Shown piece by piece: positions 27,246 through 37,271 of a stretch of DNA of 64,000 bases (position 1 is the stretch's first letter; each line of letters begins with the position of its first letter). Source of the DNA: Candidatus Babeliales bacterium (lineage in GTDB: Bacteria > Babelota > Babeliae > Babelales > JBFXEV01); assembly GCA_050179755.1 (NCBI GenBank), contig JBFXEV010000001.1:713994-777993 (forward strand), read 5' to 3'. The notes below the pieces were generated by a model, which was not told where the DNA came from, ran no database searches, and saw only the letters and a list, made by a program, of their open reading frames with translations. The position numbers and the translations under genes are program-made.

Positions 27246-28523
27246 ATGAATACCAACAGAATTGTTCTCTTCTTGTCTCTTGTTTCATCACTCTCTGTCG
27301 TTACGATGGATCAAAGCACATACACCCAAAGCTTAACTTCAGACACCAAATTATTACAGGCAATTTGCCAAGGCCCAAAACCAGAAGATCATATTTTTTG
27401 TGAAGCACGTGTTATAAAAGTAAGCGAAGAAAATTCTTTTGATGCAACCGTTATGCCTCCAAGCGAAGATACTATGAATATGTCTATCATGGAATTTGGA
27501 GGAAAATGTCTAGAACCTGCTTTTGAAGCAACATCAACTGCCATTACATTTAAAACCCATCCCGTGTTGCAAAGTTTAAAACGAGCAGGCACTCTCGCTT
27601 TAATATGCGTACACGGTACCTATTCAAAAGATATGGGATTTGGGGATAAGATTGAAAGAAAATCCACGCATGCGATAATAGACTTGGCTCATACTTTAGG
27701 TATTTCATATAATAAATCTGTAGAAATTATTTCATTTGCATGGTCTGGCATATTAGATATCAAGGCGCGAAAAGAAGCAGGTAAGCAACTTGCTGATTTT
27801 TTAATAGAAAAGAAAAAAGCATACGATCTTGTTTGGACTATTGCACATTCACATGGTTGTAACGTAGTTAATTGGGCAGGGCTTGATATGTTAAAAGACG
27901 GGCATCAAGTGCCCATAGATACTGCAATTCATCTGGCATCACCCACGCCTGATTTTGAAGTTGATAAAGGCGCATTGGCAGAAATTAAGCATCCTGAGTG
28001 TGCATTTAATATGAAAAAAATATTCAATTTTTTTGGATCAAATGATTGTGCGCAAGTTTTTGGTTCATTGCAATCAGCTTGGACGAGTGGTAGAAAAACA
28101 AGGCCAGGAACACAATCAGAATGTATAGCATATAACGTGCGCACACAACTTAATGGTAGTCAGCTTAACCATTCAACTATTAAAACAGTTATTAAACATT
28201 TGCCAGGATTGCTTCATGCTGCTGAGACGCATTACTCTTGTTTTTTTGATCTTGATGCAAATTTAGTTGAACAAGCAGATGGCACTCCCTGCTATCCTAT
28301 GGTTGCGATCCGAAAACAAAGCAATGATCCACATCATCCATTACTTCGTGATAATTATCGGCGTGCGCGTGCATATTCAGAATATCAAAGCAAGCTCTAT
28401 AAAGATGCATATGGTGTAAACATACAAGATAAAGCTTCACTTGCATGGCGTGTTGTTGTGGCTCCTATTCAAGAATGGTGGTGCAGGGCAGGTCACGACA
28501 AACTCGATTCGAAAAATGAATAA
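27246..28523 (+). CDS. Secreted alpha/beta hydrolase (lipase-like)
   Basis: Signal peptide; VHGT, F.WSG, AHSHG nucleophile elbow. Confidence 0.8.
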   Translation: MNTNRIVLFLSLVSSLSVVTMDQSTYTQSLTSDTKLLQAICQGPKPEDHIFCEARVIKVSEENSFDATVMPPSEDTMNMSIMEFGGKCLEPAFEATSTAITFKTHPVLQSLKRAGTLALICVHGTYSKDMGFGDKIERKSTHAIIDLAHTLGISYNKSVEIISFAWSGILDIKARKEAGKQLADFLIEKKKAYDLVWTIAHSHGCNVVNWAGLDMLKDGHQVPIDTAIHLASPTPDFEVDKGALAEIKHPECAFNMKKIFNFFGSNDCAQVFGSLQSAWTSGRKTRPGTQSECIAYNVRTQLNGSQLNHSTIKTVIKHLPGLLHAAETHYSCFFDLDANLVEQADGTPCYPMVAIRKQSNDPHHPLLRDNYRRARAYSEYQSKLYKDAYGVNIQDKASLAWRVVVAPIQEWWCRAGHDKLDSKNE

Positions 28524-28527
28524 ACCC

Positions 28528-28582
28528 CGTCCCTCGATACATTCTACTTCGCTAAAGCTTCGTTGAACACTCGGGATGAGCG
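28528..28582. repeat. Composite REP-like repeat
   Basis: CGTCCCTCGATACA..CTTCGCTAAAGCTTCG..CACTCGGGATGAGCG. Confidence 0.65.
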
Positions 28583-28652
28583 CTTCATATGGAGAGTTCA
28601 TATCCCGAAGAGCCTTTTGAGGGGCCCCTCGGGATGGTGTTTCATTGTTTCA

Positions 28653-29234
28653 TTATTGAGTTATTGGTGCGGATGTGGGTGTTGCTTGTGCGACAGTTGT
28701 TTTGGCATGTTTAGGTTTAAGCGTTTTCAGCTTTTCACCCATTACAATTGATGCCTCTGCAAGTCGCGTTTCGTCAATCACTAAACCACATTGAGTTGGT
28801 TTGCCATCAACTGGTTTTTCACCTTTTTTGAGTACTGGCAATCCACATAAAGCATTTTTGCTTTTAGGTAGACGGCCCACATAATCAAGCGCATTTCCAG
28901 AATATGCTTTGAGTGTTACAGGTAATTCGAGTTTTAACCCTTCACCATGTTCACATACTAAGACGTTGCGTTCTGGATCAAACGTGTAAATTGAATTACT
29001 TATTGCTTTATATGGCTTTACCGTGTGCTGTGCTGTAACTAATTTGTGTGGTGCAAGTTTAGTAGTTTTAGCTTGAGCATTTTCCACAGTAGCGCGCGGT
29101 TTTGCAACTCGTTTAGGTTTTGCTGCTTGATAGTGAGCAGCAGAAGCTTTGCGAGCAACCCAGAACGGCGCCTGAGTGGTTACAAACGCGGCAATAACTG
29201 CCATATAATAGATTACTAGTTTTCTGTTATTCAT
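28653..29234 (-). CDS. Secreted or anchored basic hypothetical protein
   Basis: AAGGA RBS; hydrophobic N-terminus; Lys/Ala-rich. Confidence 0.7.
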   Translation of the reverse strand: MNNRKLVIYYMAVIAAFVTTQAPFWVARKASAAHYQAAKPKRVAKPRATVENAQAKTTKLAPHKLVTAQHTVKPYKAISNSIYTFDPERNVLVCEHGEGLKLELPVTLKAYSGNALDYVGRLPKSKNALCGLPVLKKGEKPVDGKPTQCGLVIDETRLAEASIVMGEKLKTLKPKHAKTTVAQATPTSAPITQ

Positions 29235-29329
29235 ATTAATTCCTTAATTCATATATAAACCCAAGGGTTTATAGTTAATTACTATTCAAATGTAATGGTA
29301 ATTCACCTAGAACTACCCTTACATAACTA

Positions 29330-29361
29330 ATTATACAAGTGGAAATGTTTTAAATGCAATA
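29330..29361 (-). promoter_or_regulatory. Promoter, TATTGC-N18 class
   Basis: TTGCAT (29359-29354), 18 nt, TATAAT (29335-29330). Confidence 0.6.
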
Positions 29362-29544
29362 TATTTTTAAATTTTACACACAGAAATAGCTGCCAGAGCG
29401 CATTTTACTCTTTTTTTAGACAAAGAAATGGGATATAAAGCATTTTTAGGGCGTTGCAAGCTGAAGTCCTTGTGTTTAGATACTAGGTTGTGCATACTAA
29501 CTTGCAAGAATATAGAGATTAGATGCACCGTCATAAGGATTATT

Positions 29545-31641
29545 ATGCAGATTAAAAAGTACCTTAAAGTGTTAGTAGTGGCTTCTATTATAGGTTGTGG
29601 TAGGGCAAAGGAAACTATAGAATCAAGTTTAAGACCAGAAGTATTATATGGTTATACTACAAGCCGCGATGCGCTCTATGCTTTTTTTCCTCAAAATGTA
29701 GCACAGCTTAATAATCGTGTGTATAAGATACTCCATGAAGCGCAATCAGGCATTGATGCTATCGTTGCTACTCCTGATAATGAACGCACGTTTGAAAATA
29801 CTGCGCGTGCGCTTGATACGGTGGTTGGTCATTTTCTCTTGCAATCTGCAGGTATTGCAACGCTTATGTATGTGAGCCCCAATGATGTGTTGCGTACTGC
29901 TGCAGAACGAGCTGACGTTAAATTGAGCCATGCAGGGATCGATCTTTTTGGACAAAATAAAAAGTTGTATCAAGCGTTTAAAGCATATTATGAGGGCGCT
30001 TATAAAACTGAGCAGTTAACAGCATCAGAACGTTATCTTGTTGAGGAAACTATGGATGATTTTAAACGTAGTGGTTTAGATTTGCCTGAAGATAAGCGCC
30101 AAGAAGTTATCAAATTAGAAAAAGAGCTGAGTGAACTCACCACCAGGTTTCAAAAAAATATTAACACTGATACAAGTTTTTTTACGGCAACACAAGAAGA
30201 GCTTGATGGTGTTGAGCAAAGTGTTATAGATAATTTACAAAAAACTGATGATGGCAACTATAAAGTTGGTGTAGACTATCCTACCTATTTTGGCGTGATG
30301 CGTTATGCAACCAATCCTGAAACGCGTAAACGAATGTATCAGGCTATATTTAATAAAGCATATCCTGCTAACGTGCATCTTCTTCATGAGATTATTGCAA
30401 AGCGTGATCAACTTGCTCAGTTACTTGGCTATCCAAGCTATGCCCATTTAAATATTGATAGTCAAATGGCAAAAACGCCAGAAGCTGCCCAAAAGTTTGT
30501 CTGTTCAGTTATTACCAAAGCGCAACAAAAAGCAGATCGTGAAATGGCCATTTTAAGGGCTGATCTTGCACCATCGGTTACGTTAAGTCCTGATGGCAAA
30601 ATGTATGCATGGGATGGTGCATTTGCGCGTGCATGGTATAAGAAGAAGCATTATAATCTAGATGAACGCGAAGTGAGTGAATACTTTCCTATGGAGCAAA
30701 CAATTGATCGTTTGCTTAAAATTTATGAGCAGTTTTTTGATATTACTATGCACCAAGAGCCGCTAAAAAGCTTATGGGTTGATGATTTAATTTTGATTAC
30801 CGTGCGTAATAATAAAGATAATCAATTACTTGGGTATTTAATTTTGGATTTACATCCACGCGCTAACAAATATTCTCATGCATGCCATATAGGCATTTGC
30901 CCGGCGTTGCAAAAACCTGATGGCACACGAGTTCCTGCACTTTCTGTAGTTATTGCCAATTTTCCTAAATCCACAAAGGAAAAACCATCATTGCTTACGC
31001 GTAGTGATGTGAGCACGTTTTTCCATGAGTTTGGGCACGGCATGCATGCTATTTTGGGTGCAACGCCGCTTGCAACACAGTCTGGCACCAATGTAAAACG
31101 AGACTTTGTAGAAATGCCATCACAAATGCTTGAAGAATGGTTATTTGATAAAGAGATTCTCAAGCAAGTTTCAAGCCACTATAAAACAGGTCAATCACTC
31201 CCTGATAATGTTATTGATATTATTATTGCAATGAAGAATTTTGATGCAGGTTCGCATTTAATTGGTCAAGCAAATGCAGCACTCTTTGCACTCAAATGCT
31301 TTTGCCCTGGTGGTTGTAAAGATACTGATGCGCTTGAGCGTGAATTGCATGCGTTTACCCACAAGCATACGGTGCATGATCCCGATTCGCATCATCAAGC
31401 GTCTTTTGGGCATTTGACAGGCTATGGTGCGCGTTATTATGGGTATTTATGGTCGCAAGTCTATGCGCTTGATTTATTTAACCATATTAAGAAATTTGGT
31501 TTAACAAATCCTCAAATAGGCACCGTGTATGCTCAGAAAGTGCTTGGCAAAGGGGGATCTGCTGATCCTATGGAATTATTGATAGACTTTTTAGGGCGTG
31601 AGCCAAATGAAAATGCATTTATGCAAAGCATGGGTCTTTAA
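29545..31641 (+). CDS. M3A metallopeptidase (thimet oligopeptidase-like), probable lipoprotein
   Basis: HEFGH, DFVEMPSQMLEEW, FGHL..Y.A.YYGYLWS; from ATG 29545 a lipobox-like IIGC. Confidence 0.92.
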   Translation: MQIKKYLKVLVVASIIGCGRAKETIESSLRPEVLYGYTTSRDALYAFFPQNVAQLNNRVYKILHEAQSGIDAIVATPDNERTFENTARALDTVVGHFLLQSAGIATLMYVSPNDVLRTAAERADVKLSHAGIDLFGQNKKLYQAFKAYYEGAYKTEQLTASERYLVEETMDDFKRSGLDLPEDKRQEVIKLEKELSELTTRFQKNINTDTSFFTATQEELDGVEQSVIDNLQKTDDGNYKVGVDYPTYFGVMRYATNPETRKRMYQAIFNKAYPANVHLLHEIIAKRDQLAQLLGYPSYAHLNIDSQMAKTPEAAQKFVCSVITKAQQKADREMAILRADLAPSVTLSPDGKMYAWDGAFARAWYKKKHYNLDEREVSEYFPMEQTIDRLLKIYEQFFDITMHQEPLKSLWVDDLILITVRNNKDNQLLGYLILDLHPRANKYSHACHIGICPALQKPDGTRVPALSVVIANFPKSTKEKPSLLTRSDVSTFFHEFGHGMHAILGATPLATQSGTNVKRDFVEMPSQMLEEWLFDKEILKQVSSHYKTGQSLPDNVIDIIIAMKNFDAGSHLIGQANAALFALKCFCPGGCKDTDALERELHAFTHKHTVHDPDSHHQASFGHLTGYGARYYGYLWSQVYALDLFNHIKKFGLTNPQIGTVYAQKVLGKGGSADPMELLIDFLGREPNENAFMQSMGL

Positions 31642-31644
31642 TCT

Positions 31645-33657
31645 ATGAATCGAGAAACATTATACGCTTTTACACAAAACCGCGAGCGCGTGCTGGGTTT
31701 ATTCCCCACAAGTGTTGCTGAAATTTCCGCGCGTTCAACTGCCTTGATACAAACTACTCAAGAGGCGGTGAATGCGCTTATTGCCATTCAAAATACAGAA
31801 CGTACATTTGAAAATACTGCGCTCGCATTAGATACCATTAAGAGTAATTTTTCATGTGGAAAAACTGGCATTGAAGTGCTTGTATATGTAAGTCCGGATA
31901 CCCAGCTGAGAGCTGCTGCGCGTGATGCAGTGGTGGCGCTCCAGGATGCGGCAATTGATCTTATTTTTATGAATAAAAAACTCTTTGATGTGTTTAAGGT
32001 TTATTATGAAGGTAATGCGCAAACAGAAAATCTTTCACCAGAAGAGCGTTATTTTCTAGATCAAACCATGCGCGAGTATAAAAAGAGTGGTCTTGATTTA
32101 TCGTCTGCAGAGCGTGAGCATATAGCGCGGCTGGAAAAAGAACTTGCTGAACTTTCAGTTACGTTTGCTGCAAATATTAATAGCGATCAAAGTTTTATCG
32201 TTGCAACTGGTGAAGAACTTGTAGGTGTTGATGCGCAAGTTATTGAGGGCTTACAACAAACTGATGAAGGCAACTATAAAGTAGGCGTAGATTATCCTAC
32301 TTATTTTGCAGTGATTGAATATTGCACCGTAGAGAGTACGAGAAAGCGTTTATATAAAGCGTTTCAAAATCGTGCGTATCCAAAGAATAAAGAGATACTC
32401 AATGCTATCATAAAGAAGCGTGATCAACTTGCAAAGCTTTTGGGGTTTGCAAGTTATGCGCATTTAAACATTGATAATCAAATGGCACAATCACCTGAAA
32501 CTGCCGAAAGTTTTGTTACAGAATTGCTTGGCAAAGCGGGTAAAAAAGCGGAGCAGGAATTTGCAAAGCTAACGAGTGATTTGGCCCCGGGAGTGGCATT
32601 GAGCCCACAAGGCAAGATGTATCCGTGGAACAATGCCTATACTTCTGCTTATTATAAACAAAAGCATTTTAAATTTGATGAACGAGAGATTAGTGAATAT
32701 TTCCCTATGCAGCAAACTATTGAGCGGCTTTTGGAAATCTATGAAACGTTCTTTGGTCTTTCTATGCATCAAGAAATCATTGATTCTCTTTGGGTAGAAG
32801 GGTTAACGCTTATTACCGTGAAAACAAAAAAAGATAATCAGCTTTTGGGTTATCTCATTCTTGATTTGTATCCACGTGCCAATAAATATTCACACGCGTG
32901 TGAAATTGGCGTGGTGCCTGCATTGCTTACGCGTGATGGTTCACGAGTTCCTGCAGTGTGCGTGGTACTTACCAATTTCCCCAAAGCAACTGAATCGCAA
33001 CCATCATTACTCCAATTTGATGATGTAAAAACGTTTTTTCATGAATTTGGTCACGCGATACATGAAATTCTGGGAGCAACCTATCTTGCATCACAAGCAG
33101 GCACTAGTGTAAAGATTGATTTTGTGGAATTGCCATCGCAAATGTTAGAAGAATGGCTCTATGATTCTGCAATTTTAGAGCAAGTCAGTGGTCATTATAA
33201 AACTGGGTTATCGTTACCAGAAAAGCACCGTCAAACAATTATTGCATTAAAGAATTTTGATTCGGGCAAATTTGTGCAAGTTCAAAGTAGTTATGCTTTG
33301 CTTTCATTATATGCATATGCACAAGGCGAATCAAAAGATCTTGATGCATTGCGCAAAGAAATCCATGCACAAACCATACCATCAAGCGAGTTTGACCCAG
33401 ACAGTCATTTTTATGCTTCTTTTGGTCATTTAGATAATTATGGTGCACGATATTATGGGTATTTATGGTCAAAAGTATTTGCGCTTGATTTGTTTGACCA
33501 TATTAAAAAAAATGGATTACTCAATCCAGAAATGGGCGCGCACTATAAAGAAAAAGTGCTGGGCAAAGGTGGTAGTAACGATCCGCGTGAATTGCTGAAA
33601 GACTTTTTGGGGCGAGAACCAAATCAAGATGCGTTTTTAAAAGATTTGGGATTATAA
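31645..33657 (+). CDS. M3A metallopeptidase, tandem paralog without a signal peptide
   Basis: HEFGH, DFVELPSQMLEEW, YYGYLWS. Confidence 0.93.
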   Translation: MNRETLYAFTQNRERVLGLFPTSVAEISARSTALIQTTQEAVNALIAIQNTERTFENTALALDTIKSNFSCGKTGIEVLVYVSPDTQLRAAARDAVVALQDAAIDLIFMNKKLFDVFKVYYEGNAQTENLSPEERYFLDQTMREYKKSGLDLSSAEREHIARLEKELAELSVTFAANINSDQSFIVATGEELVGVDAQVIEGLQQTDEGNYKVGVDYPTYFAVIEYCTVESTRKRLYKAFQNRAYPKNKEILNAIIKKRDQLAKLLGFASYAHLNIDNQMAQSPETAESFVTELLGKAGKKAEQEFAKLTSDLAPGVALSPQGKMYPWNNAYTSAYYKQKHFKFDEREISEYFPMQQTIERLLEIYETFFGLSMHQEIIDSLWVEGLTLITVKTKKDNQLLGYLILDLYPRANKYSHACEIGVVPALLTRDGSRVPAVCVVLTNFPKATESQPSLLQFDDVKTFFHEFGHAIHEILGATYLASQAGTSVKIDFVELPSQMLEEWLYDSAILEQVSGHYKTGLSLPEKHRQTIIALKNFDSGKFVQVQSSYALLSLYAYAQGESKDLDALRKEIHAQTIPSSEFDPDSHFYASFGHLDNYGARYYGYLWSKVFALDLFDHIKKNGLLNPEMGAHYKEKVLGKGGSNDPRELLKDFLGREPNQDAFLKDLGL

Positions 33658-33701
33658 AAAGAAAGAGCGTGCATTAAAATTAATAATGCACGCTCTTTCT
33701 T
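33657..33701. terminator. Bidirectional intrinsic terminator
   Basis: 18-bp perfect stem AAGAAAGAGCGTGCATTA / TAATGCACGCTCTTTCTT. Confidence 0.85.
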
Positions 33702-33724
33702 GTAATTTGAATTAACGCGTTACG

Positions 33725-35950
33725 TTATGCAAAAATACCTTCTTGTTCAAGAAGAGCTTTAAGCACTTTGTTTTCTGGGTCACTAAACGGCCCATTTTCT
33801 AATTTATACGGGCGAATAATGGTGCCATTATCCATAACGTGTGCGGTAACGCTCAAGTTTTTAAAATTACTTGTTGTTTCAAGCTCATGCATGTTGCCAA
33901 AGTGCGTTGCAATCACCAAGATGGTGTTCTCATTTCTGCCAAGTTCGTCGGCAAATTTATATGCATATTCAGAACCACCTTCAGCATTAGTTCCACTAAA
34001 TACTTCATCCATAATGGTAAAACAAAATTCATCTGAGCGAAGCGTTTTTATTTGTTCAACAAGTTCTTTTGCACGCAATATTTCTGCATGAAAGAGTGAC
34101 GTGCCGCTTGCAATGTCATCGGTAATATTAAGGTAACAATTGATCGCAGCAAACGGTGTGAACGTAAAGCTATCTGCTGCTGCAATACCAAACGTTTGCG
34201 CAAGCAACAAGTTGATAGCAACCGCTTTGATCACCGTTGATTTACCGCCAGTGTTTGGACCAGTTAAAATCACGTTGTGTTGCTCTGCATAATTATTGAG
34301 CACAATATCATTAGTTACTACTTTGTTGGCATCAATAAACGGGTTCCAGAAGCCATCAGCGGCAATATACGGTTTGTCTGAATGATCAAACTGTACAAAG
34401 CAATAGCGAGCTTTGGTTGATTGATGCTCAGCATAAAGTTTTGCAATACCATAATATGCTTCTAATTCACCTGCCGCAGCAAAGAATGGCGCAAATTCAT
34501 TTTTTACTTCTTTCATGAGCTTATGAGCTGCAAGCACACGCCCGGTGATGGTAAAGAATGATGGTTCGCCTCTAAAGGTTGATGAATTAAGCATTGCCAT
34601 GAGCTCTTTTGCTTTATCAGAAATTTGCGCAGAGCCATCAAAGTAAGAGGCTAACACATCAAAAGCTTTAATATTTTGAGCACCTTCTACATTCTTTAAT
34701 AAGCCATGTGCCTTTTTTATAGTATCAATATAAGCCGTTAAGCTAATAAGGGTTTTATGTAAATAATTAGTGGTCGTAGTATTGAGTTGTGCTTCGTTAA
34801 TCGCCTTTTTAATTTGCCAAAGAGTTAAGGCTGTAATAAATACTTTTCCAGCGCCGATGACTATTTTTAAGGGCTTAGTTTTCGCTTGCACGTTTATAGT
34901 AGAAAGTTCAGCCTGATTTTTTAATAATTTATTCAGTTCATCTTGAGCATCTGCAGTAAAATCTTCACCATCAATTGCTTGCAGTTCACGATAATAATCA
35001 ATTTTTCGTTGCGTGAAATCTTTGTTCCATTGTACTGCATTCTCGAATCGAGTATCAATTCCTATGCAAATATCACCAAAAGATTCGCCCTCGTTACCAT
35101 CTTTTATTAAAGCAGTCACCTCTGCAGATGATTTATCTTTAAACGCCAGAGGAAATGGATAGAATGATTTACCATAGCGAGCCAGAGCATTGGCTATATC
35201 GGCAGGGCGTGTTTGTTTGCCTTTTTGAATGATGGTTGTGCCAATTTCGGGTAAAAAGGGTAGAGACATCATAAAAAAAGTACCTGCGTTTCTCAAACGC
35301 GTTTTACATTCAAGAGCAACAGTGCTTTTATTCAAGAAACCAAAGTAGTCACCAAAATATAAGCGATCAAACATTTTTTGTGTTGCTTCATTTTCTTGAC
35401 GCCAAAAAGAGAGAGCGTCAGTTTCAAGTGTTCTAAGTGAGCCAAAAAGAGTATCAAGCTCATCCGTATCAAGTGTAAGTATTCCTTTAACGAATGCTTG
35501 GCGTTCTTCAATAGTTTCTTGCGATCGTGTTGGGCTTATGAGCATGTTTGCAAGAGCCAATTTACCAAAAAGAGATTGCGTTCTATCAATATGGCTTAAC
35601 AGATGTTGGCCTGCACTGCTGCCACCACACAATAATTCCATTTTCTTAATGAATTTGGTATCAATAACGGTCGGTTCAGATTGACTACCAAGGTTTTTAA
35701 ATAGACTTAGGGCTATTGCATGTTGGTCATATTCATTGAGCACTGATGGTGAGAACGTGCCTTTTTTGGTCTTATCTTCAAGATCGGTAACATCGGTAAC
35801 TTTGTGAGCCTCTTGCGACGGGGTAATTGTTTTTAAAAATTCTTGTTCTACCAGAGACCATGCCGTTTGGGCAAAGCTTGCATTCCCTGAAAATAGTAAT
35901 GTGGTAAAGAGTAAATACTTGTTAAAGCGGTTACGTGATATGATCATCAT
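33725..35950 (-). CDS. MutS-related ATPase (domains III/V only) with a signal peptide
   Basis: TGPNTGGKST, SLFHAEI, MDEVFSGTN, IATH; IDRTQSLFGK..L domain III-like; no mismatch-binding domain evident. Confidence 0.88.
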   Translation of the reverse strand: MMIISRNRFNKYLLFTTLLFSGNASFAQTAWSLVEQEFLKTITPSQEAHKVTDVTDLEDKTKKGTFSPSVLNEYDQHAIALSLFKNLGSQSEPTVIDTKFIKKMELLCGGSSAGQHLLSHIDRTQSLFGKLALANMLISPTRSQETIEERQAFVKGILTLDTDELDTLFGSLRTLETDALSFWRQENEATQKMFDRLYFGDYFGFLNKSTVALECKTRLRNAGTFFMMSLPFLPEIGTTIIQKGKQTRPADIANALARYGKSFYPFPLAFKDKSSAEVTALIKDGNEGESFGDICIGIDTRFENAVQWNKDFTQRKIDYYRELQAIDGEDFTADAQDELNKLLKNQAELSTINVQAKTKPLKIVIGAGKVFITALTLWQIKKAINEAQLNTTTTNYLHKTLISLTAYIDTIKKAHGLLKNVEGAQNIKAFDVLASYFDGSAQISDKAKELMAMLNSSTFRGEPSFFTITGRVLAAHKLMKEVKNEFAPFFAAAGELEAYYGIAKLYAEHQSTKARYCFVQFDHSDKPYIAADGFWNPFIDANKVVTNDIVLNNYAEQHNVILTGPNTGGKSTVIKAVAINLLLAQTFGIAAADSFTFTPFAAINCYLNITDDIASGTSLFHAEILRAKELVEQIKTLRSDEFCFTIMDEVFSGTNAEGGSEYAYKFADELGRNENTILVIATHFGNMHELETTSNFKNLSVTAHVMDNGTIIRPYKLENGPFSDPENKVLKALLEQEGIFA

Positions 35951-36174
35951 AAGCCCTTTCTGTGTTTGGAAAAGATATATTGTATTTTTTTCAATTTGTA
36001 TTTATATAAATAAGAAGCGCCTAAGTAACTGTTTTTAATATTATTAGGTATTCTTTATATGTTACCTAAAGTGCATGGAAAAGCAACTAAAATATGCTGT
36101 GGTGGCTGTGTTACGTGATAAGAGTTATTCAGGGGGGATAGTGTATAAGCCAAAGTAAGAGAAAGATAACTTTT

Positions 36175-36465
36175 TTATCGGTAAATATACCAGGTTCCCG
36201 CAAATTCATTTGCAAGATCCACCGTAATTTTGCCAATTATTTCCTGGGCGTTCCACGGCGTTAAGCGGGCCATGTGTGCTCTGGAAAAGCGCTTAGTAGC
36301 GCCATCTGTATATTGTAACATTCCGTGGGCTATATCGTAGATAGCAGTTCCAGATGCCGATCCAATTGGTTCTACGGTATAATGAACTGACGCTGTTGAA
36401 ATATGGTGTGCTTGGCTTATACTACAAGTGAGTATAAGAAGAATGGCTATAATTTTGGAATTCAT
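36175..36465 (-). CDS. Small secreted hypothetical protein
   Basis: GGGAG RBS; signal peptide ending SQA. Confidence 0.65.
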   Translation of the reverse strand: MNSKIIAILLILTCSISQAHHISTASVHYTVEPIGSASGTAIYDIAHGMLQYTDGATKRFSRAHMARLTPWNAQEIIGKITVDLANEFAGTWYIYR

Positions 36466-36554
36466 TACTTCTCCCTTTTTCCGATCGCTTTGCTGAGCTT
36501 TAGTATTTTTTCTCAGAGAGGCCGGTCGGTTTTTTTTATGCTATTTCTACTTTA

Positions 36555-36596
36555 ATAATACAATTTGCATTCTCTAAATTGCAATATATTGCAATT
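36555..36596 (-). promoter_or_regulatory. TATTGC-N18 promoter overlapping a perfect 20-bp palindrome
   Basis: TTGCAA (36584-36579), 18 nt, TATTAT; palindrome AATTGCAATATATTGCAATT at 36577-36596. Confidence 0.55.
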
Positions 36597-36668
36597 AAAT
36601 TTCATTGTAAAATTGAATTTTCATTGATTGGCATAGTATTATTATGGGATCTGGGGTATTCTTATAAG

Positions 36669-37271
36669 ATGGAAATAATGCAACAACACACGGGCATAGT
36701 GCTCAAGCGCTATATGCCTAAAAAGCAAAAAATATCCCTGCTTGATGCTCATTTGGGCAGAATAGAAGCAGTTATTCGTGATGAACGGCTTATAGAAATG
36801 GTATGGCCAGGGATGGAACTTGCCTATATCCCAACTGAAGGTGCTGGGGTTCATTTTCTGGACAACGCAAGTTTGCAAGCAGCGCCATTTGTGAGCGCTC
36901 AGCAGGATATAGGTTTTTTGCATCATATATTAGAATTGTCATATTATTTTTTAGAGCTTCACGATGTTACTCCTGAGATATTTCCGTTAGTTCAATTTAT
37001 TTGTGTGACTGACGTGGAGCTTTCTCGTGAACAGAAAATGATGGTTATTGGTAAATTTTTGTGGCAACTTAGGCAAGAAATAGAAATGTTGCAAGATAAG
37101 ATTGCTTTGCAGCGTTTGCTTGCATTGCCACTTGAGAGTATGTTAAAAGAGACTGTTGACTCGCGTGAGATTGCACACCTATTTTGTTGGATACGGCATG
37201 CGATTTTATGCCATCCACAACGAGCATATTTTAAGACGAGCGGCTTTATGTTGAATATAGGGGCCTTATGA
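36669..37271 (+). CDS. recO: DNA repair protein RecO-like (divergent)
   Basis: GIVLKR...KISLLD..LGRIEA N-terminal OB pattern; likely start ATG 36669. Confidence 0.6.
   Translation: MEIMQQHTGIVLKRYMPKKQKISLLDAHLGRIEAVIRDERLIEMVWPGMELAYIPTEGAGVHFLDNASLQAAPFVSAQQDIGFLHHILELSYYFLELHDVTPEIFPLVQFICVTDVELSREQKMMVIGKFLWQLRQEIEMLQDKIALQRLLALPLESMLKETVDSREIAHLFCWIRHAILCHPQRAYFKTSGFMLNIGAL

Noticed and set aside
33725..35950. Calling this gene canonical mutS or mutS2
   Set aside because: No mismatch-recognition or Smr domain is visible and it has a signal peptide
36466..36540. TPP riboswitch (CUGAGA on the minus strand)
   Set aside because: The rest of the TPP consensus is missing and the downstream gene is unrelated
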